Shown here one piece after another: positions 20,264 through 29,028 of a DNA stretch of 64,000 nucleotides. Numbering within the stretch: the stretch's first letter is position 1; every line of letters begins with the position of its first letter. This stretch comes from a plasmid. Position numbers and translations under genes: made by a program. Below the pieces are notes generated by a model. The model saw nothing but the letters and a program-made list of their open reading frames with translations. It had not been told where the DNA came from and did no database searches. The stretch lies in sequence record NZ_LR134454.1, one strand, 5' to 3'.

Positions 20264-21043
20264 ATGTCACAGACTCCCTACGCGCCGGCGACGCTGCCCA
20301 CGCCCGAGACGGTGGCCGCGCGCGCCGTCGGCGTCACCAAGGTCTACGGCGAGGGCGACAACGTCGTGCACGCGCTCGCGGGCGTCACCGTCGACTTCCG
20401 GGCGGGGGAGTTCACCGCCATCATGGGGCCGTCGGGCTCGGGCAAGTCGACGCTCATGCACTGCCTCGCCGGGCTCGACGCCGCCTCGGGCGGCTCGGTG
20501 CAGGTGGGCGGCACGGAGCTGACCTCGCTGAACGACAAGCAGATCACCCAGCTTCGACGCGACCGGATCGGCTTCGTCTTCCAGAGCTTCAACCTGGTGC
20601 CCACGCTCACGGCGATCGAGAACATCACGCTCCCGCTCGACATCGCGGGCCGCAAGCCCGACGAGCAGTGGCTGAACGCGGTGATCGACCGGCTGGGTCT
20701 GCGGGACCGGCTCGATCACCGGCCCACCGAGCTGTCGGGCGGCCAGCAGCAGCGCGTCGCCTGCGCCCGCGCGCTCGTCGGGCGGCCGGAGATCATCTTC
20801 GGCGACGAGCCCACCGGCAACCTGGATTCGCGCTCGGGCGCCGAGGTGCTGTCCATCCTGCGCGCCGCGGTCGACGACTTCCGGCAGACCGTCGTCATCG
20901 TGACCCACGATCCGCGCGCCGCCTCCTACGCCGACCGCGTCGTCTTCCTCGCCGACGGCCGCATCGTCGACGAGATGCGCAGCCCCACCGCGGAACGGGT
21001 GCTGGAGAAGATGATCCACCTCGACGAGCTCGTCGCCCGCTGA
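20264..21043 (+). CDS. ABC transporter ATP-binding protein (MacB/LolD type)
   Basis: Walker A GPSGSGKST, Q-loop, signature LSGGQQQRVA and Walker B IIFGDEPTGNLD. Confidence 0.9.
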   Translation: MSQTPYAPATLPTPETVAARAVGVTKVYGEGDNVVHALAGVTVDFRAGEFTAIMGPSGSGKSTLMHCLAGLDAASGGSVQVGGTELTSLNDKQITQLRRDRIGFVFQSFNLVPTLTAIENITLPLDIAGRKPDEQWLNAVIDRLGLRDRLDHRPTELSGGQQQRVACARALVGRPEIIFGDEPTGNLDSRSGAEVLSILRAAVDDFRQTVVIVTHDPRAASYADRVVFLADGRIVDEMRSPTAERVLEKMIHLDELVAR

Positions 21044-23616
21044 TGGCGAATCCGATGCGCCGGGTGGCGCTGCGGAACCTCTTGGCGCACAAGGGGCGCC
21101 TCGTCCTGACGGTGCTCTCGGTGCTGCTGGGCACGTCGTTCATCGCCGGCTCGATGGTCTTCACCGGCACCCTGTCGAAGGCCTTCGACGGGATCTCCGA
21201 CAAGATCGCCGTCGGCGTCGACGCGCGCATCTCGCCCGAGAACGCCCAGGGCCAGGGCGGATTCGGCCCGGCCGGCCCGGGCGTGCCGCTCTCCGTCGTG
21301 GACCAGGTGAAGGCGGTGCCGGGCGTGCGCGTCGTCGTTCCGGCCGTCACCGGCACCATCGCCCTGCGCGACGGGAACGGCGACGTCGTCTCGCCCACCG
21401 GCGCCCCGCAGGTCGGCGGCGCGTACCTGCCGCCCGGCGAGAACCTCGACCCCGACGGCCTGAAGATCACCTCGGGGCGGGCGCCGTCCGCCCCGAACGA
21501 GATGGTGCTCAACGAATCCGCCTCCGAACGACTGAAGCTGCCCGTGGGCGCGAAGACCACCATCGTCGCGCCGCACTCGCCCGGCCCGACCGACGTGACG
21601 ATCGTGGGGCTGTACACGATCTCCACCGACTCCGGCGGCTACCTGGGCGCGCTGTTCGCGAAGGACGAGGCGCAGAAGCTCTTCGGCGACGGCGCGACCG
21701 CCCCCTACATCGAGGTCGGTGCCGCACAGGGCACCTCGCCAGAGCAGCTGCGCGACGCCCTCGCCGAGCGCCTGCCCGACCTGAACGTGCAGACGGGCGC
21801 GGAGGTGCGGCAGGAGTTCGAGGACACGATCAACCAGGGCCTGAGCTTCCTCAACTACTTCCTCGTCGCCTTCGGCCTCATCGGGCTCCTCGTGGGCGTC
21901 TTCATCATCTACAACACCTTCTCGATGCTCGTGGCGCAGCGGCTCTCCGAGCTCGCGCTGCTCCGCGCCATCGGCGCCGGACGCGAGCAGGTGCGCAACT
22001 CGGTGGTGCTGGAGGCGCTCGTCGTGGGCGTGGTCGGCAGCGCGCTGGGGCTCGCCGTCGGCATCGGCCTCGCGGTGCTGCTGCGCGCCGGCGTCACCGC
22101 CGCGGGCGCGGGCTTCCCCGACGGCGGCCTCGCCGTGAGCCCGTCCGTGGTGATCACGGTGATGGTGGTCGGCACCGTCGTCACGGTGATCTCCGCCCTC
22201 ATCCCCGCCGTGCGCGCCTCCCGGGTGCCGCCCGTCGCCGCGATGCGCGCCCAGGACGGTGGCTCCGCGCAGTCGCTGCTCGTCCGCGGCGCGGTCGGCG
22301 CGGCCCTGCTGCTGTGCTCGCTGGCGCTGCTCTTCGTGGCGACCACCGAGGTCGGCTCCACCGCCGCGATCGAGGTGGGCATCGCCGGCTTCGGGTTGAT
22401 CCTCGCTATCGTGATCGGCGGCCCCGCGCTGGTGGCGCCGCTGCTCGGCGGCATCGGCAAGGTCATCGCCGCCCCCTTCGGGCCCGCGGGCCGGCTGGGC
22501 CGCACCAACGTGATGCGGAACCCGCAGCGCACCACCGCCACCGCCTTCGCGCTGGTGATCGGCGTGGCGCTGGTCGGCGTCATCGGCACACTCGGCGCGT
22601 CGATGCAGAAGTCGGTCGACGCGCAGGTCGATCAGGGCATCCGCTCCGACCTCATGTTGCAGGCGCCGTCGCTCGGCATGCCGCCGGCCGCCCTCACGGC
22701 GATCAAGGACGTCCCCGGCGTCGGCACCAAGACCATCCTCTACGGGGTGCCGGTGCGGATCGGCGGCGACCGGCTCAGCGCCCTCGGGGTCGACGGTGAC
22801 ATCACCACCGCGTTCAACCTCACCCGGACGGCGGGCGAGCTGACGCTGAAACAGGGCGGGCTGCTCGTCGACGACCGCACGGCCCGCGAACGCGGCTGGG
22901 ACGTGGGCACCGAGGTCGAGCCGGCGTCCGCCGTCGGCGCCGCGAAGGCGAAGCTCGCGGTGACCGGGATCTACTCCGCCACCGGCGGTTCGCTGTCCGG
23001 CCCCGTGATCACCGCCGCCGACATGAACACCCTGTATCCGCCCGCGAGCGGCGCCACCGCCCCGCTCGTCTCGCCGCAGTCGGTGTTCGTCGACGCCGCC
23101 GACGGCACGTCGGTGAGCGATCTCAAGGAGCGCCTGCGTGAGGCCGTGAAGCCGTTGCTCGTGGTCAACGTCGACGACCAGGACGACCTCAAGGATCAGG
23201 CGGGGCAGGCGATCACGGCGCTCATGGGCGTGCTGTACGGGTTGCTCGGCCTCGCGGTGGTGATCGCGATCCTCGGCATCGTCAACACGCTGGCGCTGTC
23301 GGTCGTCGAGCGCCGCCGCGAGATCGGGATGCTCCGCGCGATCGGCCTCATCCGCTCGCAGGTGCGCCGCTCGATCTACCTGGAGTCCATGCTCATCGCG
23401 GTCTTCGGCGCCGCGCTGGGGCTGGTGCTCGGGGTGCTGCTGGGCGTCTCGCTCGTGCACGCGCTGCGTGACGAGGGCCTCGGTTCCGTGGTGGTGCCGT
23501 GGTCCACGGTGATCGTCATGCTGGTCGCGTCCGCATTCGTCGGCGTCGGGGCGGCGATCCTGCCCGCCATCCGCGCCGCCCGCACGCCCCCGCTCGCCGC
23601 GATCGCGGAGGGTTGA
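21043..23616 (+). CDS. ABC transporter permease with duplicated FtsX domains (MacB-type, 857 aa)
   Basis: Start ATG overlaps the upstream stop (TGATG). Contains two FtsX-like 4-TM modules, each preceded by a large extracytoplasmic domain. Confidence 0.85.
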   Translation: MANPMRRVALRNLLAHKGRLVLTVLSVLLGTSFIAGSMVFTGTLSKAFDGISDKIAVGVDARISPENAQGQGGFGPAGPGVPLSVVDQVKAVPGVRVVVPAVTGTIALRDGNGDVVSPTGAPQVGGAYLPPGENLDPDGLKITSGRAPSAPNEMVLNESASERLKLPVGAKTTIVAPHSPGPTDVTIVGLYTISTDSGGYLGALFAKDEAQKLFGDGATAPYIEVGAAQGTSPEQLRDALAERLPDLNVQTGAEVRQEFEDTINQGLSFLNYFLVAFGLIGLLVGVFIIYNTFSMLVAQRLSELALLRAIGAGREQVRNSVVLEALVVGVVGSALGLAVGIGLAVLLRAGVTAAGAGFPDGGLAVSPSVVITVMVVGTVVTVISALIPAVRASRVPPVAAMRAQDGGSAQSLLVRGAVGAALLLCSLALLFVATTEVGSTAAIEVGIAGFGLILAIVIGGPALVAPLLGGIGKVIAAPFGPAGRLGRTNVMRNPQRTTATAFALVIGVALVGVIGTLGASMQKSVDAQVDQGIRSDLMLQAPSLGMPPAALTAIKDVPGVGTKTILYGVPVRIGGDRLSALGVDGDITTAFNLTRTAGELTLKQGGLLVDDRTARERGWDVGTEVEPASAVGAAKAKLAVTGIYSATGGSLSGPVITAADMNTLYPPASGATAPLVSPQSVFVDAADGTSVSDLKERLREAVKPLLVVNVDDQDDLKDQAGQAITALMGVLYGLLGLAVVIAILGIVNTLALSVVERRREIGMLRAIGLIRSQVRRSIYLESMLIAVFGAALGLVLGVLLGVSLVHALRDEGLGSVVVPWSTVIVMLVASAFVGVGAAILPAIRAARTPPLAAIAEG

Positions 23617-23627
23617 GTCCCCGCGCG

Positions 23628-23700
23628 TTCCGAAAGTCGAATTCTCCGGGGCGGCGCGCCGAATGCTGTCGCCGTGCGCCGCAGGACTCGACTTTCGGAA
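23628..23700. promoter_or_regulatory. 12-bp inverted repeat ttccgaaagtcg ... cgactttcggaa (49-bp spacer) plus direct repeats of TCGAATTC, located between the ABC permease stop and the ndh-like/sigma operon
   Basis: Read directly in the sequence. The function (terminator with a long loop, or operator) is not resolved. Confidence 0.2.
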
Positions 23701-23770
23701 GGCGTGTCACAGATCGCGCGCGGCCGGTGTCCCATGTGCGGAAGACTCGAATTCGCATGAGGAGGCAATC

Positions 23771-24811
23771 ATGAAGGTCGTCGTGATCGGCGCGGGCTAC
23801 GCGGGCACCATCGCCGCGAATCGGCTGGTGAAGAAGGCGGACGCGGAGGTGACCGTGGTCAACCCGCGGCCCGGGTTCGTCGAGCGGGTGCGACTGCACG
23901 AGCACATCGCGGGCAGCGGCACGGTCGTCACGCCGCTCACCGAGATGCTGGACCCGCGGATCCGCCTGGTCGTCGGCTCCGTCGACAAGATCGGCGACGG
24001 CACGCTGCTCCTCGCCGACGGCACCTCCCTCCCCTTCGACCGCGCGATCTACGCCGCGGGCGGGGCGCCGACGGCACCGTCGGGCGCCTTCGCGGTGGGC
24101 GCGCTCGAGACGGCGGAGGAGGCGCACCGGGCGCTGTCCGCCCTGCCCGACGGGGCCGGCGTCACCGTCGTCGGCGGGGGCCTGACCGGCATCGAGACCG
24201 CGGCCGAGGTCGCCGAATCCCGCCCCGGCCTGCGGGTACGACTGCTCAGCGAGGGCGAGGTCGGGGCGTCGCTCGGGCCCGGCGCGCGGGCGCGGGTCCG
24301 GCGCGAGCTCGACCGCCTCGGCGTCGTGGTGGAGCGCGGCCGGTTCGACGGCGCCGACGGTGCCGACCTCGTGCTGTGGGCCATCGCGACCCAGGTCAGC
24401 GACCTCGCGGCGCGCAGCGGCCTCGCCGTCGACGACGCCGGGCGCGTGATCGTCGACGAGTTCCTGCGCAGCGTCTCCGACCCGCGGATCGTCGCGGTGG
24501 GCGACGGTGCCGCCGTCCCCGGCGCACGGTTGAGCTGCCAGACCGCGCTGCCCCAGGGCGCGCACGGTGCGGACAACCTGGCCCGGGAGGTCGCGGGGAA
24601 GCGGGCGAAGCCGTACTCGATGGGCTACACCGGGCAGAACGTCTCGATCGGCCGGAGGAGCGCGGTGATCCAGGCCGCCCGGCGCGACGACACCCCCACC
24701 CGCCTCCAGTTCGGCGGGCGCTCCGCGGCGCTGGTCAAGGAGCAGGTCTGCAGGGTGGCCAAGGGAGCCGCCAGGACCGCGCGCTACGCCTGGTTGCCCG
24801 CGCCGCGATGA
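23771..24811 (+). CDS. NAD(P)/FAD-dependent oxidoreductase, NDH-2 / pyridine nucleotide-disulfide oxidoreductase-like
   Basis: MKVVVIGAGYAGTIAANRL dinucleotide fold and a second GG motif (VTVVGGGLTGIE). RBS ggagg. Stop overlaps the next start (ATGA). Confidence 0.7.
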   Translation: MKVVVIGAGYAGTIAANRLVKKADAEVTVVNPRPGFVERVRLHEHIAGSGTVVTPLTEMLDPRIRLVVGSVDKIGDGTLLLADGTSLPFDRAIYAAGGAPTAPSGAFAVGALETAEEAHRALSALPDGAGVTVVGGGLTGIETAAEVAESRPGLRVRLLSEGEVGASLGPGARARVRRELDRLGVVVERGRFDGADGADLVLWAIATQVSDLAARSGLAVDDAGRVIVDEFLRSVSDPRIVAVGDGAAVPGARLSCQTALPQGAHGADNLAREVAGKRAKPYSMGYTGQNVSIGRRSAVIQAARRDDTPTRLQFGGRSAALVKEQVCRVAKGAARTARYAWLPAPR

Positions 24812-25677
24812 GTGCCGAGGAGCTCTTCGCCGGGCATCGCGCGCTGCTGTTCTCCGTGGCGTACGAGATCCTGGGCAGCGTCGCGGACGCGGAGGACGTG
24901 CTGCAGGAGAGTTACCTGCGGTGGCGCGAGGTGGACCTCGACACCGTCGAGAACCCGCGGGCGTACCTGGCGCGCATCGTGACCCGGCAGGCGCTCAACG
25001 CCCTGCGGGCCGCATCGCGGCGGCGGGAGGAGTACGTGGGGCCGTGGCTGCCGGAGCCGCTGGAGGCACCGACGGGCGACGCGCCGGCCGAGCACGTGCT
25101 CACGGGCGAGGCGGTGACCACGGCGATGCTGCTGGTCCTGGAATCGCTGACGCCCACCGAGCGCGCGGTCTTCGTGCTGCGGGAGGTCTTCGATTTCGGC
25201 TACCCCGAGATCGCCGAGGCCGTCGGCAAGAGCGAGGCGACGGTGCGCCAGACGGCGCACCGCGCCCGCGGGCACGTGCGGGCCCGGCGACCGCGGGAGG
25301 TCGTGGATCCGGCGCAGGCGCAGGGCGTCGCCGAGCGGTTCGTGCTGGCGGCGGCGACGGGGGACGTGCAGGCGCTCATGGACCTCCTGGCGCCCGACGT
25401 CGTGTACCTGGGCGACGGCGGCGGGGTGGTCTCGGCCGCGCGGCGGCCGGTGCAGGGCGCGGACCGGGTGGCCCGGTTCGTCGCTGGGCTGTTCCGGAAG
25501 AGCGCCACGATGGGGGAGCTCGGGCTGCGGTTCGCGGTCTACAACGGCATGCCGGCGATGGTCGTGACGTTCGACGGGGTGGTCGACCAGGTCACCTGCA
25601 TCGAGGTCGACGGTGGCGCGGTGACCGGCGTGTACACGGTGCGCAATCCGGACAAGTTGCGGCGAGTCATCGGATGA
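24808..25677 (+). CDS. ECF sigma factor of the SigJ-like class (sigma-2 / sigma-4 regions plus C-terminal SnoaL-like extension)
   Basis: LFSVAYEILGSVADAEDVLQESYLRW (region 2), TPTERAVFVLREVFDFGYPEIAEAVGKSEATVRQTAHRAR (region 4 HTH), followed by about 110 aa of extra C-terminal domain. 289 aa. Confidence 0.8.
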   Translation: MSAEELFAGHRALLFSVAYEILGSVADAEDVLQESYLRWREVDLDTVENPRAYLARIVTRQALNALRAASRRREEYVGPWLPEPLEAPTGDAPAEHVLTGEAVTTAMLLVLESLTPTERAVFVLREVFDFGYPEIAEAVGKSEATVRQTAHRARGHVRARRPREVVDPAQAQGVAERFVLAAATGDVQALMDLLAPDVVYLGDGGGVVSAARRPVQGADRVARFVAGLFRKSATMGELGLRFAVYNGMPAMVVTFDGVVDQVTCIEVDGGAVTGVYTVRNPDKLRRVIG

Positions 25678-26064
25678 CTACGGTAGGTCGGTGAACAGCG
25701 GTTCCCGCCACCGAGGTACGGAATCGTTCACTAACTTTGTCGCCTTTGCGGCATTCCGTACGCGCGAAGTCTGAGTCGAACGGCGCGCTAATGAATGTGC
25801 GACCGCAAACCTGTGACTGACGTGCTACTCCACTAAAGGCTCTCGACCTGCATGTTTGCTGGCGATTGTGATGCCAGTCACGAAACGATAACGGTTGCAT
25901 TTCGAAACGGATTTGCTACTGCCAGGTAGTGAATCCTGTGATTAATCTTCGCGGTGATCGAGGGTGACCACCGTTCCTTATCAGCGAGTGAACTCCCTCA
26001 GTCATCCGATCGCCGCCGACCCCCAGGCGCGTGGATCGTCACGTGAAGAACCCAGGAGAGACCT

Positions 26065-28167
26065 ATGCGTGCTGCCACCCTGCCCACGAACACCGCGCCC
26101 GTCGGAGGCACCCCGTTCAGCTGGAGCCGGACGGGGGTGATCACCCAGGCGCTGGCCGCGACCGTCCTCGCCGGCTCGCTGACGCTCACCGCCATGCCCT
26201 CGTCGAGCTTCCAGCTGCCGTCCCCCGCGCAGGTGCTCGCCGTGCCCGCGGCGGCGGCCCCACTGCGCATGGACGTGCAGATGACGAGCATCATCGACCT
26301 GCTGCCTCCAGGGGCGATCGCGGCGATGCTGGAGGACACCAGCTCGCAGAAGCTCGCCGACGCGATGGCACTGACGAATCCGGCGAAGGTCGCCGACATC
26401 ATGTCGCGCATGGACCCGGCCAAGACCGCCAAGATCCTCGAGGCGATGCCCGCCGACAAGGTCGTCGCGATCATGAACCTGATGGACGAGAAGAAGCTGA
26501 CGGCCATCGTCAACGGCCTGCCGCAGAACAAGCTCAACACCATCGTCGCGGGCCTGTCCCAGGACAAGCTCAACGCGGTGGTCAAGGCGATCCCCGAGGC
26601 CAAGCTCATCGAGGTGGTCAAGAGCCTCGACGACGCCACCCTCGGCAAGATCGTCGGCGCGCTGCCGACGGATCGCCTCGTCACCATCGTCTCCGGCCTC
26701 GATCAGCAGAAGCTCAAGGACCTCGTCGGGGGCATTCCCGCCGACGTCCTCGGCCCCGTGGTCGGAAGCCTCCCGGACGACAAGCTGGCGGCACTCGTCG
26801 GGCAGATCCCCGTCGACAAGCTGGGCGCGGTCGTCGCGACCCTCCCGCCCGCGACCATCGCCAAGCTGGTCGAGGGCCTGCCGACGTCCGTGCTGACCGA
26901 GGTGATCGGCACCGTCGACCCCGCGAAGATCGGTCCCGCCGTCGCCGGTCTGTCGAACGACAAGCTCGCCGCCCTGGTCGGCTACATTCCGACCGACAAG
27001 CTGGCCGCCGTGGTCTCGGGCTTCGACGAGAAGAAGCTGGGCGAGATCGTCGGCCTCATCCCGGTCGAGAAGCTCGGCCCCGTGGTCGCCGGCCTGCCCG
27101 CCGACAAGCTGACCGCACTGGTCAAGCAGATCCCCGTCGAGAAGCTCATCACCGTGGTCTCGGGCCTCGACGACAAGACCCTCAGCGAGCTGGTCAACGG
27201 CATCCCGGTCGAGAAGCTCGGCCCGATCGTCGCGGGCCTGCCGACCGAGAAGCTCATCCAGCTGGTCGGATCCATCGACTCCGAGAAGCTCAAGGCGATC
27301 GTCGGCGGCCTGCCCGACGACAAGCTGCTCGACATCATGGACGGCCAGCTCATCGGCCGCGTGGTCTCGCTGGTCGTCGCGAGCCTCGGCACCCCGGGCG
27401 GCATCGCCAAGCTGCCCGACCTGCTCACCGGCGTCGTCAGCGGCGCCGTCTCGGGCGGCGCGCAGCTCGTGCCGAACCTCGTCGCGAACATCCCGCTGGT
27501 CGGCCCGGTCATCGCCGGACCGATCCAGCTGGTCACGAACGCCGTGGTGGTGCCCGCGGTGAACCTCGGCCTGAGCCTGCTGCAGCCGGTGTTCTCGCTG
27601 ATCGCCACCGTCGTCTCGCTGCCGGTCTCTCTGGCGACGTCGGTCATCGGAGGCGGCGGCCTGACGGACCTGTTCGGTGAGGTGACGAAGGGGCTCGCGG
27701 GTCTCGCCGGAACCGACGCCGCGAAGTCCCTCGACGTCGCCGCGAAGTCGCTCACCGCCGACGCGAAGCCGGAGGCGGCATCGCTGCTCGCGACCGCGGC
27801 CGCGCCCGCTGCGGAGGACGAGGCCGCCGCAGCCGGCGCCGCCGAGAAGGCGAAGGACGCCGAGACCGCCTACGTCGGCAAGCACCGCGCCGACGACAGC
27901 GAGGCGGCCGATCCGGTGACCGTCGCGCCGACGACGGCCGAGCCGACCGACGCCGCCCCGGCGACGGAATCCGCTCCGGAGACCGTCACGGAGGCCGCTC
28001 CCGCGACCGAGGACGCCCCTGAGGACGCCCCCGAGGAGGAGGCGGCCCCCGCTGAGACGCCGGCCGCCGCGGAGACCGCCGCTCCGGCACCCGCCGAGGA
28101 GACGGCGGACGCTGCGGACGCTGCCGCCGCCGACGAGGACGCGTCCACCACTGCCGACGCCGCCTGA
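26065..28167 (+). CDS. 700-aa protein with 29 contiguous 12-residue repeats (helical solenoid-like, MgtE-N/FliG-type repeat flavour), a Gly/Val-rich hydrophobic segment and an acidic Ala/Glu/Pro/Thr-rich tail
   Basis: Residues 81-428 split into 29 units of exactly 12 aa with no indels (for example LPTDKLAAVVSG, IPVEKLGPVVAG, LPADKLTALVKQ). RBS aggagag. N-terminal signal/TM-like stretch AATVLAGSLTLTAMP. Confidence 0.6.
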   Translation: MRAATLPTNTAPVGGTPFSWSRTGVITQALAATVLAGSLTLTAMPSSSFQLPSPAQVLAVPAAAAPLRMDVQMTSIIDLLPPGAIAAMLEDTSSQKLADAMALTNPAKVADIMSRMDPAKTAKILEAMPADKVVAIMNLMDEKKLTAIVNGLPQNKLNTIVAGLSQDKLNAVVKAIPEAKLIEVVKSLDDATLGKIVGALPTDRLVTIVSGLDQQKLKDLVGGIPADVLGPVVGSLPDDKLAALVGQIPVDKLGAVVATLPPATIAKLVEGLPTSVLTEVIGTVDPAKIGPAVAGLSNDKLAALVGYIPTDKLAAVVSGFDEKKLGEIVGLIPVEKLGPVVAGLPADKLTALVKQIPVEKLITVVSGLDDKTLSELVNGIPVEKLGPIVAGLPTEKLIQLVGSIDSEKLKAIVGGLPDDKLLDIMDGQLIGRVVSLVVASLGTPGGIAKLPDLLTGVVSGAVSGGAQLVPNLVANIPLVGPVIAGPIQLVTNAVVVPAVNLGLSLLQPVFSLIATVVSLPVSLATSVIGGGGLTDLFGEVTKGLAGLAGTDAAKSLDVAAKSLTADAKPEAASLLATAAAPAAEDEAAAAGAAEKAKDAETAYVGKHRADDSEAADPVTVAPTTAEPTDAAPATESAPETVTEAAPATEDAPEDAPEEEAAPAETPAAAETAAPAPAEETADAADAAAADEDASTTADAA
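26305..27348 (+). repeat. In-frame 36-bp tandem repeat array (29 copies) encoding the dodecapeptide repeats
   Basis: The recurring ...gacaagctg...gtcgtcg..ggcctgcc... period is visible across the array and sits inside the CDS. It is not a CRISPR array: there are no unique spacers and it is coding. Confidence 0.8.
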
Positions 28168-28176
28168 CACCCCACT

Positions 28177-28214
28177 CTCCGGCCCCCTCCGCGCACCCGC
28201 GGCGGGGGCCGGAG
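28177..28214. terminator. GC-rich hairpin between the convergent repeat-protein gene and the methyltransferase gene
   Basis: ctccggccccc-N16-gggggccggag. Confidence 0.5.
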
Positions 28215-28238
28215 CCGTGTGCGACACCGTCGGGCCGG

Positions 28239-29003
28239 TCAGCGCTTGCGGAAGACCAGGACCAGGTTCGACACGAGCAGCTCCCGCAGGCCCGGGACGC
28301 GGACCATCCACCACGCCCACGACGGGTGGTAGCGCGGGAACGCCGCGACGAGCTCCGCGCCGTCGACGGTGGCGGCCCAGCCCAGCCCGTCCGCCGCGCC
28401 CACCTTGAACAGCGACGTGCCGTAGAGGTTCTTCGGCGGGTGCCCGTGTTTACGCGTGTACATCCGGGCGGCGCGCTCGCCGCCGAGGTAGTGGGTCAGT
28501 CCCATCTCGTGCCCGCCGAACGGGCCGTACCAGAGGGTGTAGCTCAGGATCACCATGCCGCCCGGGCGGGTGACGCGCAGCATCTCCTCGCCCATGGCCC
28601 GCCAGTCGCGCACGTGCTCGGCGACGTTGGACGAGAGGCAGACGTCGACGGCACCGTCGGCGATGGGGAGCGCCAGGCCCGAGCCCCGCAGGCCCCGCGA
28701 CGACGTGATGCCGGCGGCGTGCGCCTCCGACGCGTCGGGCTCGACGGGCACGTAGACGGCGCCGTGCTCGGCGAAGGCGTCCTCGAAGTAGCCGGGCCCG
28801 CCGCCGACGTCGAGGACGAGGGCGCCGTCGAGGTCCCCGAACAGGTCGCCGGTCAGCTCGACGGTGTCGCGGGCCAGCGAGCCGTAGAAGCGCGCGGGCT
28901 CGGACTGCTCGAACCGGAAGTCGGACAGCAGCCCGACCGAGCGGCGCAGGGTGGCGCGCCGCCGCAGCCGTGCCGTCGCGTTCTTCCAGGTAGAGGGGTA
29001 CAC
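28239..29003 (-). CDS. Class I SAM-dependent methyltransferase (Rv0224c-like)
   Basis: LDVGGGPGYF SAM motif. Start placed at GTG 29003, giving 254 aa; the table ORF extends to 29063 and would overlap the divergent GT gene. Confidence 0.8.
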   Translation of the reverse strand: MYPSTWKNATARLRRRATLRRSVGLLSDFRFEQSEPARFYGSLARDTVELTGDLFGDLDGALVLDVGGGPGYFEDAFAEHGAVYVPVEPDASEAHAAGITSSRGLRGSGLALPIADGAVDVCLSSNVAEHVRDWRAMGEEMLRVTRPGGMVILSYTLWYGPFGGHEMGLTHYLGGERAARMYTRKHGHPPKNLYGTSLFKVGAADGLGWAATVDGAELVAAFPRYHPSWAWWMVRVPGLRELLVSNLVLVFRKR

Positions 29004-29028
29004 GTGACCGGACGGTACCCTAGAACGC

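Noticed and set aside
19594-20265. Longer 196-aa version of the hypothetical ORF upstream of the EccA-like ATPase.
   Set aside because: The first 36 residues are His/Arg-rich junk reaching into the divergent promoter of the ABC transporter. The internal ATG at 20157 was preferred, though the gene itself remains low-confidence.
26305-27348. Possibility that the regular 36-bp repeats are a CRISPR array.
   Set aside because: There are no unique spacers and the repeats are contiguous. The period is a multiple of three inside one open reading frame encoding a coherent repeat protein. No cas genes nearby.
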